A DNA stretch of 56,675 nt, filler included, from Asterionella formosa (taxonomy: Eukaryota), in the NCBI GenBank assembly GCA_002256025.1. It is 5 parts of 5 records of this genome, joined end to end, with 100 filler letters (N's around TTAATTAATTAA, not from the genome) between each part and the next. Parts side by side here need not be neighbours in the genome. Positions count along the whole stretch, not along the records: positions 1 to 11,261 come from NKIB01008664.1; positions 11,362 to 22,625 come from NKIB01008670.1; 3 more parts are not named here. One strand, given 5' to 3'. The notes under the pieces are model-generated. The model saw only the letters and a list, made by a program, of their open reading frames with translations, did no database searches and was not told the DNA's origin. Below are positions 7,833 through 20,100 of this stretch, piece after piece. Numbering within the stretch: the stretch's first letter is position 1; the number at the start of each line of letters is the position of its first letter. Both the position numbers and the translations under genes were made by a program.

Positions 7833-10800
7833 TTGAATTCAAAAAGAGTCGAATTAGAAGACAACAAACATGGCAATGTATTCAAGGGTTCCTGTGATTC
7901 CTTTGATCAAAGACTACAATGTATTGACTATCAAGACTAAAACATTCAGAGTTGCTTTAACCGGTGGAAGGTTTGAATCGTTTGATCAAGATATGATCGA
8001 TGGAAGCTCGGTGGAAGCATTGTTAATTGGAGTGAGTCAATTTCGTGACATGGCTAACACATGTGCCTTTAGCCCTGCAGATACCTTTTCCTACTTTAAA
8101 AGGTGTTTGACCGACATTGCCTTATCGTATTGGTTGAATGTGGAAGTACACCCAGAATATCAATCTTACGATAGTTTCGATGAAGCGATGGTTTTATGGT
8201 TAGACGATCGTTTACCAAACGAGAGTTTTCAACGTCAACGACAATGGATGCTGAAGGCAATCGTGTGATGCGTCAAGAAAACGAGCGTGTCAGTTGTCAA
8301 TTCTACAACGATAATTTTACTCTAAGTGGTCGTGGAAGAGCGCGTGATATTGTCAATGCAGCCGGACGTGCATGGGATCGTCAGGCAACTGTTCGTCATC
8401 AAGCTCTACAAGCCAGTCGTACGTACCATGATTATCGCGGTCCTTGCCCGGTACATCCTGAAGGTGTACATACTTGGGGCAATTGTTTCCAGAATCCTCG
8501 TACTCAAGGCGGCAGAGCAGTTCGCATGGCTGGTCGTCATAATGGACATGGCCGTTCCAGTTTCGGTAGACGAGGACATTTTGGTGGTCATGGAGGCGGT
8601 TGACACAGCAATCCTACGGAAAGCTATCATACTGACACTGCTAACCCTGTGCCTGTTCCACATACTCGTATGTTAAATGCATGGGGTCATAATACTCATC
8701 CATCCGGTTGGGGTACTGTGCCACGTGCCGATCCTACCGAGAACACATCTGCCCAGGAAATTTCAGTGGTCACGAACCCTCCTGCTGGCCAGATAGTGAC
8801 TTTTGTCCCTACTACACAACAGCAGATTGCTGATCGCCACTACAGAGGTTGAATACACTATGGATACCGCTGTTACTGTAACGCGGGATATATATAACTG
8901 TATTGATGGACATGATGTTCCACATACATATCAGGGCCCAATTCCGGTTTCCTGTTTTGCTTCTGAGGATATATTAACATCAATTGATTTGATTCCGATG
9001 TCCCTTTTAGCGCCACGATTGGTGGATGATATACCTATGCATAAAATACTACGAGTATTATTTGATAGTGGAGGATCATTATCTTTAATACATGAACGGG
9101 TTATGCCTCAAGGTATTTCTTTGTCTGACGAGACTTCCCAATTAATACATACCATAGCTGGTACTTATTCATCTCATGGCAGTGTCATGTTATATGACCT
9201 GATTCTACCAGAATTTAATCGATCCGCTCCTATTTTACAACAAAAGTGTCAAGTCTTCAATGGTCTATGCACATTTGATGTTATTTTAGGACGTAATTTC
9301 CTCCGTCAAGTTGGTTTAACCATTGATTTCATAAATAACACCATGTCCTGTATGGATATGATTGTTCCTATGCATCCTCTCACATTCTTTGATGATAGAT
9401 AACGTTTACGAGATGTATTATTATATTTCGATGCACCTATGATTGTGGAATCTTCATATGCGCTGGAAATTAAAGCTGCTGAATATAATTACGTAAATAT
9501 TGATACAGTGGTGGATAAACAGATACATTTGACAACAATACAACGATCGTGTTTACGAACTATATTGGTTAAATATCAAACATTATTTGATGGCAAATTA
9601 AAAGTCTATCCTCATAAACAGGTACATTTGGAATTATTATCAAATGCTGTCCCTCGTCATCAACGAGCATATCCGGTCGCTCATATTCATTTAGAAGTTT
9701 TCAAAACAGAATTACAACGATTATGTGATATTGGAGTCCTACAAAAATGTGGTGCTTCTAAATGGGCATCTCCCACTTTTATTATTCCAAAAAAGGATGG
9801 AAGTGTCCGATGGGTATCAGATTTTCGTGAACTTAATAAAGTCACCAATCGCAATATATATCCTTTGCCTTGAATACAAACTATTCTCACTAAACGTGCT
9901 GGATGTGTATTTTTCACCAAATTGGATGTTTCTATACAATATTATACTTTTGCATTGGATGTGGAGAGTCAAAACTTATGTGTTATTTCAACTCCATTTG
10001 GTTTATGTAAATATTTACGTCTCCCTATGGGGGTGAAACAATCATCTGATATTGCACAAGAAACTATGGAACAGATCCTTAGTGATTTAGATGATGTGGA
10101 AATTTATATTGATGATGTGGGTTGTTTTTCAATGAATTTTTCGGATCACCTTCATTTATTGGACACTATTTTACATCGTTTACAGACAAATGGTTTTACA
10201 ATTTTTCCATCTAAGTGTGAATGGGCCGTCCAAGAGACAGATTGGTTAGGCTATTGGTTAACTCCTAATGGACTGAAACCTTGGTCTAAAAAGGTCCGAG
10301 CATTGATTAATATGTCTTCACCTACCAATCTTAAACAAGTTCGATCATTTCTCGGTGCTGTTACTTACTATCGAGACATGTTTCCTAGACGATCTCATGT
10401 TCTTGGACCACTTACGGATTTAACTGGAACTAGTCCATTTGTCTGGTTACCTATCCATCAACAAGCTTTTGAAGAAATGAAAGCATTGTTAGTTGCAGAT
10501 ACACTCATGCGTTATCCTGACCATAATCTTCCTTTTCATATCTTTACTGATGCCTCTGATTATCAATTAGGGTCGGTCATTATGCAAAATGATCTCCCAG
10601 TTGCTTATTATTCTCGCAAATTATCTGCTGCTCAAAAGAATTATACTACCGTTGAAAAAGAATTACTTTCTGTGGTAGAAACTTTCAAAGAATTTCGCTC
10701 TATGTTATTGGGCGCAGTTCTACATGTTCACACTGATCATCGAAATCTTATTTATAATACTTTACATACTCAACGTGTTCTACGATGGAGACTTTACATT

Positions 10801-11261
10801 GAAGAATACCACCCTACTTTTCACTACGTGAAAGGTACTGACAATGCTATTGCAGATTCCATCTCTCGCCTCCCGAGGCTTGAGTCTTTGGTGGGGGATG
10901 ATATTGATATTGGACCGAAATCTCCAACATCAATTTCCACTTCTACTTTTTCAATTGAATTAGATGATGAACCTTTGCTTACATGTTTCCTTAATCATCC
11001 CATCTTGACAGACAATATTCAATATCCTCTGGATTATAATTCAATACATGATAGACAATTGCTGGATACACAATTGATTCTCAATCAACAAACAAATCCA
11101 TTAAAATTTCCTTCTATCAATTTTCATGATATATTTTTAATATGTTTTGTGAAGAATCCAGGAGATACTTGGCGTATTGCTATTCCTACATCATTATTGG
11201 ATCCTATTATTAATTGGTATCATCAGATGTTAGCTCATGTGGGTATGACAAGATTAAATGC
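7636..11261 (+). mobile_element. Ty3/gypsy LTR retrotransposon, 5' part (LTR, gag, PR, RT, RNase H, start of integrase), defective and cut by the contig end
   Basis: 5' LTR about 7636-7832, gag pieces 7870-8603, protease LFDSGG, RT WASPTFIIPKKDGSVRWVSDFRELN and YIDD, RNase H FTDASDYQLG/EKELL/TDHRNL. In-frame stops at about 9400 and 9871. Confidence 0.95.
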
Positions 11262-11361
11262 NNNNNNNNNNNNNNNNNNNNNNNNNNNNNNNNNNNNNNN
11301 NNNNNTTAATTAATTAANNNNNNNNNNNNNNNNNNNNNNNNNNNNNNNNNNNNNNNNNNNN
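11262..11361. other. Artificial contig spacer (N44-TTAATTAATTAA-N44)
   Basis: Exact 100-nt linker carrying stops in all frames, repeated four times in the window. Confidence 0.97.
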
Positions 11362-12601
11362 GTTGCTGCATTTGAACCCCTAGGCAAAAATTAAAATATT
11401 GCTTAGGGTTGCGAAAAATCCCTGGAATTAAGAATTTAATTAGCTATTTTTGAATGACGTGATTCCATTTGAAATATTTGAATCAGTGGAAATTTGCGAA
11501 TACGTACATAGATTCCTTGTCAAAATCGCTAAATATATATATTGACACTCTAAGTCGCTGTATGTATATATATGCTAAAAATACGATCAACATGTATGCA
11601 TTGACACTCTATACTCCGATTAACTTTTTTATGTAATATGCATTGAATCCGTTCGACACATTCAAATCGTTTAATATATACATATATATATATATATATT
11701 TAGGTTCTACATCGCTTCATGTGCATACACCAGTACTACAATGTATTCTCCTATCTACGAATATGGGTCATGTATACGACCCGGCGGCTTGGCAAATATT
11801 TGAAAGTGCACCCAAGGAGCGGTACGCGTACCGGTATGTCCAATGATGATCATCTACTGGTACCCGTCGTGAATATAGCACCGGACTGTCAGTACACCCA
11901 AGAATATGTTACATGTTAATCCAATGTGGCCAGCGTGGGTTTGCACGACCTCGCAAACCAGGCCAATCAAACAGAGGAATGTACTTCATGCTCACCAATC
12001 ATATTATGTATGTGGAAGCGGGTACTTACAATGGAATTTTTCGGACAGGAGATTTTAGGACTAAAAATTCCGGCACACGACTGCCATTCCAATGATGACG
12101 TTTCGGCACTTAATAATTCTGATTCCGATATTTTGGCGACCGTAGAAAAGGCCGATTTTGTCGAGTTTTTGGACGACGATAGCTAAACGTTGGCTGGGTC
12201 TGACGGCGATTTAGATACATAGGTAACTTTCAAATAGCACCAGTATATAACTTCTGGCGAGAAACTGCAGAAAGGAACTTCGGTTTTTTTACTATGCCAA
12301 ATAAACAGATTTCCCCCGAAATTTCGAGTCGAGTCTTTTTAGCATACCGGTAGCTAAAAAACCGAAGTTCCTTTCTGCAGTTTCTGACCAGATCCTATAT
12401 ACTGACGATATATAGAGTGAACCTACACCCCTACTTTGTCCGAAGACAGTATTTAAGCATATGGAAAGGGTGTCTATTGGTGAAAGCTCCGTTGAGCGTT
12501 ATACATTTTTAATTTATACTTGTAAAGTATTTGTTTGATTAGTCTGACTGAATATTATTTTATTAACCCTACCTCGAGCTAGGGGTTCAAATGCAGCAAC
12601 C
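11362..12601. mobile_element. Non-autonomous TIR DNA transposon (about 1.24 kb), TTAA-flanked, possibly Kolobok-like
   Basis: Perfect 22-bp inverted repeat GTTGCTGCATTTGAACCCCTAG (11362-11383) / CTAGGGGTTCAAATGCAGCAAC (12579-12600), followed by C then TTAA. No long ORF inside. Confidence 0.75.
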
Positions 12602-13239
12602 TTAATATAATATTTTCAAATGATAAACAATTTTCTTGTTGTGTCAACTGTTGCTGTTATTGTGTTCTTGAACCTTGTTGTTGTGCGCTTGCTGCCTCTT
12701 CTCCAAACCTTGTTTTGAATTTGATAGTGGTAAGTAAGCAATAAACCATTTGATCATATGGCTGGATGCATTATGAAACTACATTGGGTAGCCATCGTAG
12801 CTACCAGTACAAAATAATTTTAGCTACAAATACAACATAATTTTAGCTTGAGTAAAATGTTCTATATAAATAACTTTCATATGAATAAATTATATGTGCA
12901 CATGCCTCCACAATCTTGTTGTTGTTGTCATTGTTGTTGCATTCATTCATGATGAACATGTAATCGAAGTCCATTGCGCAGCGATAGGTGTGAAATCGTT
13001 GTTGTTGTGTCAGCATTGCAACTACTAAATGACCTTATTTGAGACATTCCTGTTGAGTTTCAACTCCAGCTTGCCCACTATCAAGCTCAAGAGTGTGAAA
13101 CCATCGGTCATCTAGGCGTGGATCTGTGTGCCCAACACAAAATAATTCATATATAAACCAAATTGTGTCGTCCCATGCCTCTTCTTGAGTTTACTAGTAG
13201 CGCTATTGATGGCGGAAATAAGGCTATTTGAAGCGGCAA

Positions 13240-14230
13240 GGGAGGATATTCAAGCGGTGTAAAGACTTTCACTATACCAAAACGCTCTAGGGGCTATTCA
13301 TTTCGATGCCTTGCTTTATATTGCCAAATATTTGCATCATTATCCTGATATTCCACTTGTATTATCTCCCCGTGATCCAGCGCCCAACGTCACCACATTT
13401 GTTGGGTTGATCCTGGGTTGGTAAGCAACAAAGAAAACCAAGGCTGGCAACACCAAGAAGCGCTAAGCGGCCGAGCTCCCCAGCTAGCAATGGAGTAGTT
13501 TTAAGCGCTTAATAAATGAGGTTGCAAATATTCCACTTGCATTCAATAGGAAGATTTGTCGAGGATCTGTCCCCCCCGACTATATGAAAGAAAGACAGGT
13601 GGAGAATTCAGGAATCAAACCCGCCACCTCATGAGGTGTGCTAGCCAATTAAGCCATTCCCCCCCAGATAACTTCTCTACTAGTACGACATCTACTAGCT
13701 AGCTACTAGTCTATGCCATTGTCATCCAATCTTCAAGAGCAGAACCCTTTCCTACTGCTAACACCAATGTTGTTAGCATTGCAAATAGCCCAAAAGGATA
13801 TGCTGATGCTAACTTTGGAGTTACAGTCTTTGATCGACTGGCCCATTCCAGAGGTGTTATTATGATTCATGGTATTGCCATCATCACTTTGTGCCAAAAA
13901 CAAAGCACTACAGCATACAACACTACAGAAGCGGAACTTGATGCAGCAACAACATTATCTAAACATTTTATGGTTAAACATCTACATGGAAGATATGTCA
14001 ATTTATTTCCATGATGCAGTTTCCATTGGAGAAGATCATTCGGCTGCACTGATCATTGCATTGCACATGCTGCTGGTAAACTAACTCGCAATGTTAGCCA
14101 GCAAATTGCAACAAAAATACTGACTATCCAAGAACATGTCATATATGGGTGAATTAATTTTATTCGGGTGTCTTCTAATCACAATCTTGCAGATCATTTG
14201 ACTAAAGCACTTCCATACAATGTGGTGCTT
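13240..14230 (+). pseudogene. Decayed Ty1/copia RT-RNase H relic
   Basis: Translated fragments HFDALLYIAKYL, DANFG, QKQSTTAYNTTEAELDAA and NHNLADHLTKALP match the copia RT end and RNase H motifs. Many stops, and interrupted by inserts. A purine tract followed by TGTTG at 14521 could start a 3' LTR. Confidence 0.75.
13578..13665 (-). mobile_element. tRNA-headed SINE-like element, copy A (3'-truncated)
   Basis: Minus strand reads GGGGAATGGCTTAATTGGCTAGCAC...GCGGGTTTGATTCCTGAATTCTCCACCTGTCT, with A box, B box and the first bases of the shared body. Confidence 0.65.
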
Positions 14231-14948
14231 TGTTGCCATTGCATGACAATGATGCTGGGTTATCAGTGTAGTGATGCTCCAAATCATGCACTCGCCCCGC
14301 TCGTGCATACTGATCTTGTGTTCCAGTGTGGTTTGGATGATTTAGATAATTACAATTTGCAATCTACTATCAAAATGATGTAATCACACGGTCGACCAGT
14401 GGAATGGAGCTGAAATATGTGCTCGGGTTGCTGTTGTTGTTCTCATCAATTTAAGTGTATTTCATTTTCTATTTTTTGTTATTTCTCAGGACAAAGGTTC
14501 TGAAAAATGAGGAGCAAGGATGTTGTTGTGATATATGTTTTGGTTTTTGATCGAATTTCAGCGCTGATCATTTCACAAACAACAGATAAAGATAAACGAA
14601 ATTGGAAGTTGGTGTTGACAATTCAAGTCGAATTAGAAAAAGAAACGAAATGAGCTCACAACCTTTTACGAAGGAGGAGGAAGCGCGATTGATGGAGATG
14701 ATGGAGGATGAGGAGATTGAAAGAGTGGTAGACTGATAACAGAACTGACAAAATCTAAAGGAGTTTGGAAGGGGTTTCGATAAAAGAGTGATTAAACTTG
14801 ATTATGAATTTTAAGAAATGTAACGTATGTGAAAGAACTGTCAGACAAGCAGATAATCATGGATACGGTATGGGATAGTTTTTTACAACAAGACTATCAA
14901 TTTAGTCTACAAATACTACTATTCTACTAGTTCCGAGTAGGCGCATTA

Positions 14949-16064
14949 TTACAAACCTGCCGCAGCTTGATTTCGCACTAAAAAGGTCTGAACCAATTGT
15001 CGTGAGACACCAATCACTGCCGTTTCACAGCGTGTCGAGTCCAGCAATGCCTTTCCATCTTGAATTGGTAACAACTCCACAGGCCCATAGAAATCCGTTC
15101 GCGACTTCCCACCTAAGGATTCATACCAAGATTTATTCTCTTCACGGACACCAGATGATAATGTCTCGTATGCCAATTTGACCTTCGAAAATTCATTGTT
15201 TGTTGCTTGTTGCTCTTCCGCTGTTCGGTCGCATCCAACAAAGCGATCAGGGTGCAGGGCAAAAGTGAGTTTGCGATAGGCTTGTTTAATTTCCGCCTTC
15301 TCCGACTTTTCTTCATCAATCATCAAGATTGCTCTCGCTTCTGCCTTGGTCATGGCAACTTCGGCCTGTCTGTCCTTGGTTTTGCCATGAACGGCTTCAT
15401 AAACGTGCTTGTGAAACGAATCCATAGTTTCGACGGAATATTGAATGTCACTTCGAGCAATCGTGTTGAATACCGGAGATCCAATTGTGGCAGCATGGGA
15501 GAGTTCACGGCAATGATAAGAAATGGCAGCCTTGAGTGCGGGATCAGATGTACCCTCCGATTGTTCAGCATCCTGAGAAGGCCGAGCCAAACAAAGCTGG
15601 GCAATGGGAACCCAGTCCTTGACCGACGCAGGAATATCAGAGGCTGAAACAGCTCTGGCGGCAATCATGTATTCGGATGCGAGCCTGTCGTCGTTGTTGA
15701 GGGGCTCGCCACTGTCTTCCTTCAGAAGGGACTTGTGGGAGCTTCCCAAGAGTTCGTCATAAAGTTTCTCTGATTTCATCAAGGCTGCGTTGACATTGAA
15801 GGGAGCAGGCAATTCTCTGGCCGTTTTGGCCCCCATACCGCCTCCTCCCATGCCTCCTCCACTGGAAGTTTTACTTTTTGATTTGGCCATTCCCTTGGCG
15901 AACAACGAAGATTCGATCAATTGGCATCTTGTTCGTGAGAGAATAGGCGAAAAGGAATCCACAAAGATCGCCACCTCCGAGCCAATCCAGGTTGATGTAG
16001 ACTGAAGAGCCAAGAGAATCAAGCATGGCCATAGGGCTGCGGATGATCTCATAGAACGCAACAT
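14949..16064 (-). CDS. DnaJ-domain protein, probably plastid-targeted
   Basis: 371-aa ORF. J domain AEARAILMI...EIKQAYRKLTFALHPDRF...FSKVKLAYETLS with the HPD motif. Hydrophobic N-terminus followed by VDSFSP (ASAFAP-like). Confidence 0.88.
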   Translation of the reverse strand: MLRSMRSSAALWPCLILLALQSTSTWIGSEVAIFVDSFSPILSRTRCQLIESSLFAKGMAKSKSKTSSGGGMGGGGMGAKTARELPAPFNVNAALMKSEKLYDELLGSSHKSLLKEDSGEPLNNDDRLASEYMIAARAVSASDIPASVKDWVPIAQLCLARPSQDAEQSEGTSDPALKAAISYHCRELSHAATIGSPVFNTIARSDIQYSVETMDSFHKHVYEAVHGKTKDRQAEVAMTKAEARAILMIDEEKSEKAEIKQAYRKLTFALHPDRFVGCDRTAEEQQATNNEFSKVKLAYETLSSGVREENKSWYESLGGKSRTDFYGPVELLPIQDGKALLDSTRCETAVIGVSRQLVQTFLVRNQAAAGL

Positions 16065-18344
16065 GATGGCACGCTGGGATCAGGTGTGATGTTGATGTAG
16101 GAATGTGGAGGATTGAAGTCGTCATCAACGAGGGCGAGCGAAGAACGAGCGCACGAAGGAATCGACATTTCATACCTGCACCGGTTTTACACTATATTAT
16201 GTACACATAAATGCTGCTTCAACGATATTTGCATACAAGGCCCGTGGTAGTGAGTGGTTCATAACGGTCAGCAAAACATGGAACAGTCATATCATGTGTA
16301 TGATGATGTGTGGTCAAAATGCAACTAGAAAGTTGGTACTATAATAGTTGCTGCCCTTTTAGAGCACAGCTACTACCGGTAAGCATTTTAATGTGTAGAA
16401 CTCCGTGTGTTCAACTACAGGTATGTAGTTGCTGTTAATACCTACGTATGGTATTCCGTACGCTCAACGCACGATACATACCGGCGTAACCACCAGATTA
16501 GATACATGCGTGAGTGCTAATAACAATGCACTCATGACAGCAAAATATTGTAACTCACCTTTATTCACGATAAGGTTCCCCTCAACAGTTGCAACAATTC
16601 TTTTTAACGGCCTGCTCGATCCATGTCCTTAAAAGAAGCCCTCTGTATGTAGAAGCAAAATGGATTTTCTAAGCGAGGCAATGCGGGCGACAAGTAAATC
16701 AGTGAGATTAGGATATTTAGGCGTTTCACGCTAAATAGTGATGCATGTACATCCTTTAGGGCAAATGAATTTACTTGAATTTCGCCAGCACGCATGCTTG
16801 TTTTGCTCTACAAGTTTTGGTATGCGATAAATGAGATCGGCTGGCTACAAATGCTGTAAACAAGAGTCAAAATTCCTGTGGGTGAGTATGTTACACCTCT
16901 CCCAGCCACTCTTGTTTTCCAGGACACTCCTGCCTGGTAAGTTGCACTAGTATCTCCATTTGTGAACGATTCGAGCACGCGTGTCCAGGTACAATAAATT
17001 GTGATTTCTACTGATGTTGAATTTTTTAGCTAGGTAGAGGTGAACACCTTGATTTACTATCAGTCGGTCATCCATTTCATCATTTCCATCAGCATCAAGC
17101 AATCGACAATGGTTGCTGTTCTCCTGTAGTCCAATCCTTCTTCTTAGCTATATCTATTGAGTAACGAATGGTCAACAAAAAGGGGGTCTGGAGCAAACAT
17201 TCCAATGGGTGCATGATTCTACGAAAAACGCGCAAACGAAGTCAGGTTCACCTAATTCTAGACTACTCAGAACATATAATGTATACACCATCATGTTCGG
17301 AATAATTTTTAAATGTAAAGGGCTGCTCCTGGCCGGAGAAATAGCGGAGCTTGAGCTTCATGATTGGCCAAGCTGCAAAGTTTGGTTGCAATTATAGCTG
17401 AACAGAGGGAGTATATGTTTAAGTATGTACTGCAGGAAGGGGTAAAATTCCTACTCATTGTTCCCAGTGATCCATGCCATTAATATTGGCAAGATAGGCC
17501 GCCTTTCGATTTCAAAATTGCTTAAGTAATTGTGGAAACTGTTATTCATATTAACTGATGGAAATTTGCTAATCTCATTGCTGAACATGACTTAGATTTG
17601 CTAAACAACCTTTTTGTATATAAAGTGTTAATATAACCTACAACCTGTACCCTAGAAGCCATCCAGTATCCAGTACCAGAACTGCTACGAACTTATATCT
17701 ATCTTTATGTTCACATAAATGATCATAGTACTAATTATAAGCTGACAAGAGTCAACCTTAGTATAGGTCATTTTTACTGCCTGAGAGTCATCTTTTAACA
17801 GGGTAATTACACATTTTGGAATGAATATTTGAAATATTTTGTTTTTCCTTGGAATGTATGGAGCAGCAGTTTTCATTCATGTAGGTAAGTTAGTGTTTTG
17901 ATGCCATTCTTGAGGTAAGCAGGTCAACATGTAGCTGTAACAAGAATTTGGGTCAAGTCAGCCACTTTACCCTGTTGCGCCGGTAATGCTTTTTTGACAC
18001 TTAGAGCACATTTGAGATAGCTACTTTATATTTTCTTGATTCCTTGTTAATCATTTGATGTCGTCTATTGATCATCTATGTCGCATGGAGTGCTCCAGCG
18101 CGTCATAAATACGATCACTTTATGTATCAAAGTGGTGATGAACAAAGTGGAGGCGGTATGAACGACGACAGAACATGAATATGTACTGGCAGAAATTACC
18201 AGTTTAATTATGCACCTGTAAAATCATTTATTAATATTTTCAAACTAAATGTACATCTAAATATGTAATCATATAAATATTATTAAGTTAATTTTATTGT
18301 ACAGCTTGTTTAAAGAACTCGGCAATTGTGGAGGTTGTGACATT

Positions 18345-18455
18345 TAGTAAGTAATTTCTAGCCGTGCGTAGTCAGCAATTTCTAGTCATAGTCAGTAATT
18401 TGTAGCAATTTCTAGTCGCGGTCAGCAGATTTTTAGTCGTATGTAGTCAGTCACC
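18345..18455 (+). repeat. Degenerate tandem repeat, core GTCAGCAATTTCTAGTC (also at 18900-18955)
   Basis: About five imperfect units here and about three more near 18900, on the other side of SINE copy B. Confidence 0.6.
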
Positions 18456-18499
18456 AACAGGATCAGTAATCCTAAACAAAAGAGACATTTTTTAAATGT

Positions 18500-18732
18500 C
18501 AATTAAATTTTATAGTACATTACAACTAGCTATCCAATAATTGCACTCGGGTCCAAATAAAGTGACACAATTAGCACCGGTTTTATTCGTCCATGCGGCG
18601 GTACAACGGGACCTGTCTTTTCGTGAGCCGCACCCCCGGAACCCTATGGACTACATGAAAAAGTCAGGTGGAGAATGCAGGAATTGAACCTGCCACTGCA
18701 GAAGGGTGTGCTAACCACTAAGCCAGTCCCCT
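18500..18732 (-). mobile_element. tRNA-headed SINE-like element, copy B
   Basis: Head GGGGACTGGCTTAGTGGTTAGCAC...GCAGGTTCAATTCCTGCATTCTCCA, then about 170 nt of body alignable to copy C (AAAAGACAGGTCCCGTTGTACCG, GAATAAAACCGGT). Confidence 0.75.
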
Positions 18733-19299
18733 GACCAGCATGTATATAGATATAATGTAACATCTATTCATAGTATTTTTGGCAAGGCTAGTATCAGGGG
18801 GTAATGGTTGTGTCTGTTCATGTCTATACGTTATAGCTAGGCATAGTGGTTATCCAGAAAATCTATTTGTATTCGCCAGTTAAAGTCGCTCGTTGGCGGC
18901 AAATTCTAGGGGCAGTCAGCAATTTTTAGTGCCTCATTGTCAGCAAATTCTACCCGATGTCAGAAACAAGCTCTAAACGTAGAAAGAGAGGATGCTGATT
19001 CCTATTTGTATTCCGAAGCATAAAAATCGTTTGCTGAACCTGTTCATCAGTCAGCAAATACGAGTCGTGTTCACTGACTGATTCTGTAAATCGTCATCGT
19101 TCAATAAGAGTAAAGTTTTCCTAAATTACATATGGAATATCATTTCCATTGAGAGCTGGCCTTTCTTGTCCGGTAGGCACGGGAAGGATCATTGGGAGTG
19201 AGACGAAACTGAAAAGGTGCGCATAAAACATGCGCTACCGGACCTTTCTGCACCCCACAGTTGCTCCTGTACCACCCCCTCTGTAATCATTCAATAAAA

Positions 19300-19570
19300 A
19301 CATTTTGCACTAGTAGTATTGACAAAAAAATTGAAATTGCCGCTAGAATTTGTTTTCTTCTTCGTTTTCTCAGATTTGAGGCTACGAACAAAAAAGAGAT
19401 ATCGTTGAGTTCGCGGTGACTAGCTTGATAACTGTTGTTAGATAATTATTTCTATTTTCTCTACAAATTGATGAGAAAACTTGAGCGATAGAAATCTCGG
19501 AGAGCAACATCTCAAATACAAGAAAATACCTCCATGTAAAATTTTGAACTGACTATCATGTACGTTAATC
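19300..19570 (-). repeat. Dispersed AT-rich repeat family, copy 1
   Basis: Reverse complement aligns by eye with 20365-20620 and 39895-40160 (ATGAWAGTCAGT, TATTTTCTTGYATTT, TCAAGTTTTCTC, TTATCAAGC). Confidence 0.65.
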
Positions 19571-19987
19571 TTGAGTAGGTCAGACATTTTAAAGTTAAAC
19601 AAAGAAATTCAGCCATGTAGACACACAGCATTGCATTGATTATTTTTCTTTATGCGACTAGAAAATTCGCAACGCGTGAATAGACATGAATCCCCTGACA
19701 ACCTCGGCCGCTCATTGTGCATTTTCGGACATTTTTGTGCAACGAAGGTATTTTTCTGGATGAGAAGGCCATGATACAGCTTGAGAACGGCGACCACTTG
19801 GTGGAATAAATACATCTTAAAATGTACAAACCGTCAGTACGGGGGGGGGGGGGGAATTACTGCTCACATTTATAGCAGCCTAATTTTCAGTCGCCTAAGG
19901 AACAAGAAGTGCATTGTTGCATGTCTATATGTACGTCTAGATTCGACAGGAATATGAACGACGGCATGAATTACATAAATGAAAGCC

Positions 19988-20100
19988 AGGGAATGGCTTT
20001 GTCGGCCGGTTGAGCACATTGCCTTTGATTTGAAGTTGTGTGCTTTGATTCCCGAAATTGTTTGAGAAGGAATTGTTGGGTTCGACTCCCACACTCCCTA
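19988..20100 (+). other. Expanded tRNA-like sequence (113 nt), related to the SINE head
   Basis: AGGGAAT...ACTCCCTA acceptor-like ends, B box and T-arm TGGGTTCGACTCCCA, internal stems AGCACA/TGTGCT and ATTCC/GGAAT. No canonical anticodon arm. Confidence 0.5.

Noticed and set aside
11306..11317. TTAATTAATTAA as a biological motif or as the left TTAA target site of the TIR element
   Set aside because: It is the centre of the artificial spacer and is identical at all four gaps.
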